Positions 1-9,900 of a DNA stretch of 62,138 bases are shown piece by piece. Origin of the DNA: Welwitschia mirabilis (taxonomy: Eukaryota); the NCBI GenBank assembly GCA_051453625.1, contig JBOZIK010000001.1:19469583-19531720 (forward strand), in the 5' to 3' direction. Position 1 is the stretch's first letter; each line of letters begins with the position of its first letter. The position numbers were made by a program, and so were the translations under genes. The notes beneath the pieces were generated by a model. That model was not told the origin of the DNA. It saw only the letters and a program-made list of their open reading frames with translations, and did no database searches.

Positions 1-1205
1 AGTCTATAGAGACATTAACGTCTCCTGCTTGCGTTAACAGAGAAATGTTAACTTCACTATCTAAAGGTGGAGCAGAACTGGAAGCAATTGTTCTTTTCGT
101 TCCTATTCTTATGTTTTTCTTTAAGCTTCTAGCAATCTTTTATTATATGTTCTTTCTTCTTGCACTAATGGCAGACAATGTCTCTCCCTTAGGATCTAGC
201 TATGCTCTTTCTTCTACCATGTCTTTCCTTAGATTGTGAATGTCCTTTATGTGTTACCAAAGCTTCTCCTTGTTTCTCACGACTAGATGAATCAAATGCA
301 TTTTCCTTTTCTATATCTAATAACATTACACTAAGTTCTTCAAGTGTCAAACTATTCTTACCAGTAGACATTAGAATCAGAGTTACAATAACTGCTTAGC
401 TCTGAGGCAATGAAATCAGAATGGCGGTAATATGCATCTCCTCCATAAATATAATTTGAAGATCATCAATCTGAAAAAATATGTTTTGCATCTCATTAAA
501 ATGACTTAAATTTTTTCCCCTTCCTCAATATTTTTAGTAAAAGCTTGGTTGAGGACCACATACCTATCTGTCATAGATGGCTAATCATACAAGTTTTTCA
601 ACTTTTGCCAAAGTTCCTGCATAGTCAGGAATCTTGAATTAACCATCAAAATGTTATTGCTGAGATAGGAAATAATGAAAGACAAGGTATTGGAATTTAT
701 CTCATCCCATTTGACATCTAGAATGAAGGCCAAATAAGGAGCATCATCCATCTTTAGATCTGCCTTTACTTGTGCTTTCTTCTTTAGAGCAATTTTACAT
801 TTCTTTTTCTGCAGGATTTCTTCCATCAAGATTTTCTAAACATCCCAATTTTCTGGTCCTAAAAGTCTATTTGTTGTTTGTAGATGCTACATTTCAAACT
901 GTACCACTTCAATCTAGAATTAATAAGGAAAAAAAATAACAAGAAGAAAGTACTAAATCAAAATGGAACAGCAAGCAAACAAAATAATAACAACATAGAA
1001 TTTACGTGGTTTGGGCTCTTTTTACCTAATGTCCACAAGAAGCAATGTAGAGCTCTATTGATTAATTAGGAGTAAACGTGTCTAAGTACAACAAACAACT
1101 TTCTAACAGGTTTATATAGCCTTAGGGATAGGGTTACAAGCCAATCCCCTTTTCAACTTTAAATAGGGGTCAATGTTAAAACATAACATTTCAACAGAAA
1201 TAACA
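1..1205 (-). mobile_element. Degenerate Ty1/copia element, 5' part (LTR, gag), running off the window start
   Basis: Minus-strand gag remnants (LLGPENWDV*KILMEEIL, ELWQKLKNLY, LTLEELSVMLL). Degenerate Met-type PBS near 897-908. LTR-like ~910-1205 with atttacgtggtttgg and a minus-strand TATA. Confidence 0.75.
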
Positions 1206-1329
1206 TACTTGGCTTCACATATTAATACATTCAATTATAGACCACCTTATTACCCTAAAATATTTTTTTAATAAATAAAATTTTTACATATGAAAAATAT
1301 TATAGGTTTTCTAGACTTTTTTAAGGTTG

Positions 1330-2580
1330 ATTATTCTATTAGCTAAAGCAATATATGGAGGTGTTTTTAAGAGATCTTAAAGCATTACTATTTACATTTC
1401 AAAATATTTACAAAGAGAGATGTGTATAACTCAAAGATGATCAGAAACGTGTTTTATTTCATAGTTTTATTAGTGTGAAATAAGGATGCCCTCTTTTTCT
1501 AACTCTATTTGGATTGTTTTTTGATGAATCTAAAGATTGGATGCATAATACACCAACTAAGTACATAAATACAATAGGAGAGTTTTATTAGACTCTTGCT
1601 ATATGCTAATGATGTTGTTTTAATTTCAAACTTAAAATATGGACTACAAAAAATTATTAACACACTTGATGACCTTTGTTAATATACAAATAATCAAATT
1701 TATGGTGTGTGATAATAATGAATACAGTTTTACTATATGAAAAGAGTGTTTTGATATAATATTCTCTCATAAATACCTTGGTTTAAAATGCTCATGCAAT
1801 TCAAAAGGGGATAAATTCATTCCTCAAAGAGCTACAAGTGGAATAAAAGCCTTCTTTGCCTTAGAAACAAATAATTAGAAGGACTCTATTTTAGGTTGTG
1901 CAATTCAAAAGAAAACCTCTTAGGCTATTGTTTAACCAAATGTTTTTTATGGGTTATGCTACTTGAAACAAAGATAATGCCATTAGAAGTTGAAGCTATT
2001 TGCTAATTTATAGCATAAAATGGTAATCTTTTTATAGTCATAGTGGACAAATACTCAAAACGAGTAATGTTGTTAATCTAAGATGAAGGATTGTTTTCTG
2101 ATGGAGTTTTTATGGCTGAATAAATAGAACATTCAAGAGGACAATTTCTATTATGATCCTATATAGGTTTGTAAGATTGCAAGACAAAATGTGCATTAGA
2201 ACCTTTGGGAGAACATAGAAGGAAAGAAACATTACTACCTAAATAGCATGGAAGGAGGTCTCGGTATAAAGGATAACTATTTAATGGTTGCTATTCCTCA
2301 ACATTTGTGATGCATAATTAGTAGAGAAAGAATGGTATCTGATTATTTGAAAGTTAGATAGATAGATGACTTAAGATCCCTTAAGACTAGCAAACTTGTC
2401 AACTATGTAATCAAAATATCATCAAAGATGAGTGCCACATTTTTTTGAAGTGTCATACACTTAAGCACATATGACATAAGTAGCACATTATAGTTAACAA
2501 TCTAAGTGGTCTATTCCAAATTGTACCAAGAAAACTTACTAACTTAATTAATAATGTTTTAAAGTCTCATAACATGTAAA
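1330..2580 (+). mobile_element. Degenerate LINE (non-LTR retrotransposon) RT and C-terminal Cys/His region
   Basis: SVK*GCPLFLTLFG (~1472, cf. GVKQGCPLSPTLF), LLLYANDVVL (~1593, cf. LLYADD), HKYLG (~1768), CQLC...DECHIFLKC (~2397-2455). Ends approximate. Confidence 0.8.
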
Positions 2581-2613
2581 TTTCGACTATCTGATAGATC
2601 CTTATGGTAGATA

Positions 2614-4664
2614 TGTTGGTTGAGGAAGTAATCCTTAGCACATAGGGAAGTAGATGGGCAGAAGAGAAAATGTAATGGAAATGTAAAACTAGAGACAACA
2701 ATTCTATTCATTGTAATGCTTTAAATATATGAAGATTTGCCAATTTAGTTGGCTTGAAATTTTGGATTGCTCCCTTGTTGGTCTCCTTAAAATCCTACCC
2801 TCCTAAAAAATTTCTAACCAATTTGATATACATTGCACAAGGGGCATTTCCACTTGTGCATTTCATAAGCTGACAAAAATGACATGCTAATATTTTCATG
2901 TAAACCACCTTTCAATGATAATTTTTGGACATATAAAAATTCGTCCTTTCACTGAAACATGCCTCCAGTGTAGCAACAAAAAAGACACACTTGAGGGACT
3001 CACCATACATGCAAGGCCTAACCATGGACTCCCCTTAACAAGGACTCACCATAATGGAACATACCATAGGAGACTTACCGCAACTCTTAGAAACTAACTG
3101 AGTCTTCTAGAATTGGGTTTGGATCTTAATCTTTTGGCTTGTCTTCAACTTCTTTGACCAACATTACAATTTTGTCTTTAAGTTTGCCATCAAACATATC
3201 CTTTGCTCTTTGATAACAATTAATTCTCAAATGCCTTCTCTCTTTTTTTCAATAGTAACATTTTCTGTCTCTTACATTTTTACTTTTTAAGGTGAGATAA
3301 TTAACTCTACTTTCATCCTTTTGCATTCTTTTTTATTCATCAATTAAAGAGGAAATTATGCCTTCAATGGAAGTGGACATTTTCTTTAACATAAAAACTA
3401 TATTGTCAAACTTTGAAGGCAATCTACTTAAAAAAATGACTTTCTAATCTTCCTCAGAAATTGGAGCTTAGATCACTATAGGTTGTCTTACAATAAACCT
3501 AAAATTATTAATATGTTCATCCATGCTTCCTACTTCTTCATACTTTAGACTATAAAGTTGGTGCTTCAACTTCATTTTATCTTCATCAGCAGCAAAACCA
3601 AAAAGCATATCCAAGTCATGCCATACCTCATTTGAAGATTTTTGGGGGTTAAGATAGGAATCTAAAAGAGAAAGGCCGACTATTGTTATTGCCTTCAAAT
3701 CTATTTTCTTCTAATCTGCTACCTATTTTGCATCTGTGGATTTGGGGATTGTTCCATTCATGATATGCCATAGCCCTTTTTTTGTGAGAGTAAGGTGCAT
3801 TCTCACTTTCCAAGTATGAAAATTTTTACCCTCAAAATTTTCAACATATTTTTCCATAATATCCTACAATTCAAAAATCAAGAAAAGGTCTACAAAATGA
3901 GAAGCGCAATCCACTTGAATCTTTTGTAAGCCTTCACTTCAACACAATTCTTCCCTCACCCCTCACAAACAGAACTTCTTTTATTATGTTTTGTGTGTCA
4001 AAGTTTCAAGGGCATCTAATGCCTTACAAAATATTTGTGATAATAGATGAGTACAACTAAATAAGGATTTTCATTAGGCCCATGGTTTTATAAATAGACA
4101 CATCAACAAGTAGGTTGAATAGGATATTTCACATAACACATAGAAAACACTATGCTTCCCTTAGAAAGGCATGCAAATAGCAAAATAATTTGCAATGACA
4201 AAATTAGTTGTGGAATAATGAAATCCCAAGGGATTAGTTTGGAGAAGCATCAAAAGTTTCAGCAATTTATAAGCTGTAGTTACAAGTGCCAATTAGCAGC
4301 TCAATTAGTATTCTCCATATTTGTTTTGTAGATCAAATCCAAGCTGCAAGCTTCTAGGTTCACTCTAATACTAATTATTGGTTGTAGAAGTAACCCTAAG
4401 CACATAGGGAGGTAGATGGACAAAAGAGAAAATGCAATGGAAACTCAAAACCAAAAGACAACATATCTATTAGTTGTCATGCTTTAAACACATGAAGATT
4501 TACCAATTTAGTTGGCTTGAAATTTGGATTGAATCCCCTATTGGTCTTCTTAAAATCCTATCCTCCTAAAAAATCTCAAACTAGTTTAATATACATCGCA
4601 TAAGGGGCATTTCCACTTGTGCATTTCATAATTTACAAAAACGACATGCCAATATTTTCCTACA
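2614..4664 (-). mobile_element. Small gag-only copia-type LTR element (TR-GAG-like), 2.05 kb
   Basis: ~289-bp direct repeats at 2614-2902 and 4376-4664 with TG...CA-type ends. Degenerate Met PBS (ctctaatacta, 4363-4373), PPT ~2903-2915, TSD agata/aaata. Gag from 3857: MEKYVENFEGKNFHTWKVRMHLTLTKKGLWHIMNG. No gaps, no pol motifs seen. Confidence 0.85.
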
Positions 4665-6535
4665 AAATAGACATAATAAATTTATTTTTAGTTTTAGTTT
4701 CAATAGAATAAATGCTTGTGTAACCTTCTTATATTAAGAATACTCAACAAGAAATTCTTCTAACTATATGAGTTTCAAGATTATTTTTATATTTTAGCAA
4801 AATATACGGATAATCAGTACCAAAAAAGAAAGAGAGAGAAAGAAACAAAGAGTAACATCTATAATATGCCATACTGTCATTGAAAAGAAGAGGGCCCTAA
4901 CTAGTTTGTATGAGTGACCTAATGCAAGAGCATGCTCATAGAATTGCACATTTGGTATATTTCTAGCATGCTTTTGTATCAAGATCTACTTCCTCATCCT
5001 TCAAGAATCATGGACTTCTTTACTTATCTTATAGATTGCTCCATAGCCTATTATTCATTAGGTATATTAGTAAGCAGTATTGTTGGAAGACACATCTTTT
5101 TTAATTCCCTTGTTTTCTTGAAATTTTGCCATTGCATATTCAATTAACCACATAATTTATTTGGTTTTTATTGCTGTTAAGAAAGTTTAGAAGTTATCTA
5201 AAGTGCATTTAGGTGACCATCCACTCTATCTAATCAACCCAAATAGTAAAACAATTTACTAGAATTCAATTTGGTTGATTGAACAATTTATCTAATTGAC
5301 TACCTAGAGATTTTAAATGAAGAAGAAAAGGATTGTGAGGAGTTTGAACATCTTGGAGATAGGAAGACAATCTTTTAACATCCATGATTGATAAAAATAG
5401 TCAAAAGACATCTAATCAAGGAATATCAAGCATTAAAGGGGGAAAAGCCCTTTGGTTTTCTTTGAAAAGGAAAAGGTAAATAATTTATTTGGAGTTGGTA
5501 TTTTTCATGGTAAAAGGAAGAGAAGAAAGGGAGTGAAAGAGAACTTTAGATTCAAAGGGGAAAAAGAGCGAAAGGAGGACCCTTAAAAAACAAAAAGGGA
5601 AATCCTGAGAATATGTGAATTTTAATGTTGTAAACTTCTTGATCTCGTATTAGAAACTAATAAAATCAATATTTTGGGCCTTCAACAAGCATTAACCCAA
5701 GGGAATTTAATCTTTTTGGTTTATCCTTCTGACTTGGGAGTCTTGGATTTGTAAGTTCATTTAGGGCTTACATTGTGACCCAACTTAGACTTGTAATTAT
5801 TGTGTGTGTAACTGTTTCCAGGATCTGCAAGAGCATCCTTGTACATCAACAAGTATAATTACAACTCGTCCTTTCAGCAACAAAATTTTACTAAAGAATA
5901 CATGAAATTATCAATTGATGTCAAATTTCATTTTCATTTAGAAATTCTTTAAATTCATTTGATAAATGATCTATGACGAACGATATGTTTGCTGAGAACC
6001 CATTAACTAATTACAATTTCTAAATGGATTTAATGTATTAGGTAAGAGGGTCTTATCAACTAATCCTTTTCAACCTTTAAACATTTTTACTAACACAATA
6101 AATTTAAGAATTTCTAAAAACATCCATAACGTTTATAAATTTTCAAACCTCGTACTTTGTAAAGCTTACAAATAACACTACTAAGCAAACAAAAGTTAAT
6201 TTCATGAGCAACTATCAAAAATATCTTTGAAACGAGAACCAAATGAATTTAATAGTATAAGGTATTGTCTAATGTTTAGAAACAGAAGCTATGTGGCCAG
6301 AGAAGCAAGCCATGAGCAGAAGAAAGCTTAGCCACACAGCATGACCTGAGAGATGATATTATTAAAAGGGAAGGGATCTCCTAAACCACAAGTACTAGGG
6401 CAACCCCACCAAATACTGAATTATATTTATAAAAGCATAAATGATGGGGGGTGAATCATAGAAAATGCTAGCCAAAAGGCTGATCCGCCGTGGCAAAGAG
6501 GCCGGGCACGGGAGGACGCATTCTTGAGCGGCCGA

Positions 6536-6544
6536 ACACGTGGC
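6536..6544 (+). promoter_or_regulatory. G-box/ABRE-type element (ACACGTGGC) in the CAO proximal promoter
   Basis: CACGTG core with the GC flank typical of bZIP/bHLH light-responsive sites, ~245 bp upstream of the ATG, inside a CpG-rich patch. Confidence 0.55.
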
Positions 6545-6784
6545 ATTCCGTGGAAGGCAACCAGAGATCGCGCGCGGGGAGTCTGTCGAGCGCTTTCTTA
6601 TCGTCTAATGGCCTGCGTTTCTTGCTCTAGCGTTTTCTCATTCGTCTGGCAAATAATCTTCATTTGTGCTCAAAGTGTGACTCGTTTCTCGTTTCTTCTT
6701 GCTCTTGTTCTTGTTCTTGATGATGTATTGATTTTGAAAGTTTTTGCATATTGAAATAAGAAAGAGGATTTGATCTTTGATGCA

Positions 6785-6910
6785 ATGGCTGCCACGGTGC
6801 TCTCATCTCCGGTTTCCGTGCAGATAACGCCTCGAATCTGTAGCTCCGGCAAGAATAGCGCAGGAATTGTATTTTCCTTTTCGCGTTTCGGTTCTTTAAA
6901 AGGGAAAAAG
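6785..6910 (+). CDS. CAO: CAO exon 1 (transit-peptide-like N-terminus)
   Basis: gcaATGG start; Ser/Arg/Lys-rich, acid-free [12 protein letters not shown]...SLKGKK (42 codons); ends AAG|GCGAGT, in phase with exon 2. Confidence 0.75.
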
Positions 6911-9900
6911 GCGAGTTCTACTACGTGGATTCTGAGAGTCATTAGTTTTTTTGTTTATTTAGTTAAGTTTTTGTGTCGTTTTCGTATTATTTGAAATCTC
7001 TGTTTGAAGTCGCACTAGGATTCCTTTTGAGAGAAATTCAAATCCTCATTTTGAGCTTGCTTTTATTTTGACATCAGAAGCTCTTTTTTAAAATTTAGAT
7101 TGTGACTATTTTAAATTAATACTAAAGAGTAAATTACCTGTATTTGACACTTCTGAGTCATTTAAAATCTTTTCTTGAAGTCACATTAAGATTTGTTTTG
7201 AGACGACTTCAAATCCTTATTCTGGACTTGCTTTTATGTTAACGTCATAAGCTCAATATTCATTTTAAGTTGTCACCGTTTTAAATTAATAATAACGGTT
7301 AATCACTTGGTAAACAGATTAATAGCTTTTCCTAAGAAACTCTGCTTTTTTCCAAGCGCTTGTCTTTTAGTTTCTCAAGTAAAATACTTAGCCTTCATTC
7401 AAGAAACAGGTAAACAGAATCATGTTTTGAAGGTACGGTTTCTTTTCCCTTTCAGATATCGTTAAAGTATTAAAATATTTTATGTCAAATCCAGATGCAG
7501 GATAGAGGTTAGTTTGGTTTAATTGTTTCTTAAAGGGAATAAGAATTTTGTTTGATGTGGTGTAAAATATTTTAGTCATTAGAAAAATGATGAATGACAT
7601 TTTTATGACAGTATGGTGCTTCCGAAGTTGTTTACCTCTTTGTAGTGAATGCACTTCGAAATGAATACTCTACACATTACATTTCAGATGCTAAAGAATA
7701 AGGAGATGAATAACGTTGACATGGAAAGGGGTAATTCTAGCTTAATTTGTTTGTCTAACAAGGTGATACATACTTTTTTTTTTAGTTGTCCATACTCAAG
7801 TGAAAAGCAGCCATTCTGTCTCTTGGTGAGCAACGAAAACTCGTTAACAATTAAGCCCTTATCTTTAGGACATTACCAAGAAACATATCGTGATAAAACG
7901 ATTTAATTGATACGCGCAAGGGTAAACGTGGAATTTATTAAAGAATCATCAAAATCCTTTTTTCATAGCTGCACTTGACCAGGTTAGTTTCATGGAAACT
8001 TGAATACGAAAGAAGCCTAGACACGCCCCAAGCTAGAGAGTAGACCGAGATGAGAGAACAAAAATATCCTTTACATGAACGTCTCAAGCTACAACGGCTT
8101 TTTCTAGATAGTTTGTAGAATCCGTAAACTACTACATTTAGATGAACGTTTGAAGCTACAACGGCTTTTTCTAGATAGCTTTTAGAATCCCTAAATTACT
8201 AAAGTTAGATTACAATAAAGAGTTTTCAAACGATTTAGTATTACGCTTTTGTTATATGTACCCGCTTCTATGTAGCACAAACTCTTAGTCTTTGTTTTTC
8301 GTCACTTTGAAGTCCTAACCTTACACTTCTCATTCCGAAGGACGTGCGATTTTTTCAAGTCGTAAGACGAACATAAGTATCTGTTACATGAACGTCTCAA
8401 GCGTCAAACGCCTTTTCTAAATATCTTGTAGGATATGTAAATTACTGCATCTACATTACCATAAAGAATTTTCAAACATTTTAGTATTAGGCTTTTGTTA
8501 TACGCAGCTGCCTCTATGTGATCCAACTTTTAGCCTTTTGGTTTTCGTCACTATGGAGTCCTAACCTCACACTTCCCATGCAGAAGAACGTGGGATTCTT
8601 TCAAGTCGTAGCTATAAGCGGGGATGGATGTACTGAAGAAAGCAAGGGATGGGGACACATATTTGATGTGCAGGATCCAAGAAGCCGCACCCCTCCTTGG
8701 AAAGGAAGAAACTGTGATGTGTATCAGGCTTTAGAGGTAGCACGACATGATATTGAATATTGTGATTGGCGGGCTCGTCAAGATGTCCTCTCTATTAAGT
8801 TGCTTCATGACAAGGTTTCCGATAACATCAGAGACCTTTTTTTTCTTTTTAAGTTCATCCCTAAACTCATAAAAATTTGAGCATGATAAAAATGGTCTTT
8901 CCCTTTGGTTAGCTTTTCATAACTTGTTTCTTTCAATATTTTCGATTGCTTGATTTTAAGGACTTTTTATGTTTATAGGTTGTAGATGTGTTGAATCCTT
9001 TAGCTCGTGACCATAAGTCTGTGCAGACAATGAAAAAAGAACTAGCAGATCTGCAAACGGAATTGGCAAAGGCACATGAACAGGTACAGAGTACGAACAC
9101 AAATCGCCATGCTTTACCATGAGACTATAATGTTTACGTTCTCAACTCTACGATGTTTCATAGTTCATGTGTTTTGGCTGAGCATGTAACATTTCAGGTT
9201 CACATATCCGAAGCACGAGTTGCAACTGCTTTAAATAAATTGGCTGACATGGAAGCTTTTGTGAATGACAAATTATTACGGGTCAGTGTCTCCCAGAACG
9301 GTGAAGCAGAGGAAAGTGAGAAGAACTCCTTAACAGTGGTTTTGACAGAAACAAGGAAACCTCCAAGGAGGCATTTGGATGTTTCTGGACCTGTTGAGTC
9401 TTACTCTTCTAACTTAAAAAACTTTTGGTACCCAGTAGCGTTTTCTACTGACGTAAAAGAAAAGACAATGGTAATCTGCCTCACACAAGGCACATAGACA
9501 ACACTGCATTCTTGCTTTCCAAGTTCTAGCATTGGTTACATTTTTACCTGACGTTTGTGATCCGGTATTTCACAGATACCTTTTGATTGCTTTGAAGAAC
9601 CATGGGTTATATTCCGTGGAAAAGACGGTAGACCAGGTTGCATTCAAAACACATGTGCACATAGAGCCTGTCCCCTGCACCTTGGATCAGTGAGTGATGG
9701 TCGCATTCAGTGTCCATACCATGGTACGTTCCCACCACATCCCCTTCATCAAAAATTGTATGCATCCAAAAGGCAAGGGAAGAGGGTTGGCATGCCTCGA
9801 GTATAATTTTATTATTTTGCTTACCCATTGCCACACAGGTTGGAAGTATGCAACTGATGGAGTGTGTGAGAAGATGCCATCTACACGATTGTTGGATGTT

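Noticed and set aside
5175..5851. Possible solo LTR (TG...CA) upstream of CAO
   Set aside because: Composition is LTR-like but the flanks (attgc / agtat) give no TSD and there is no second copy in the window.
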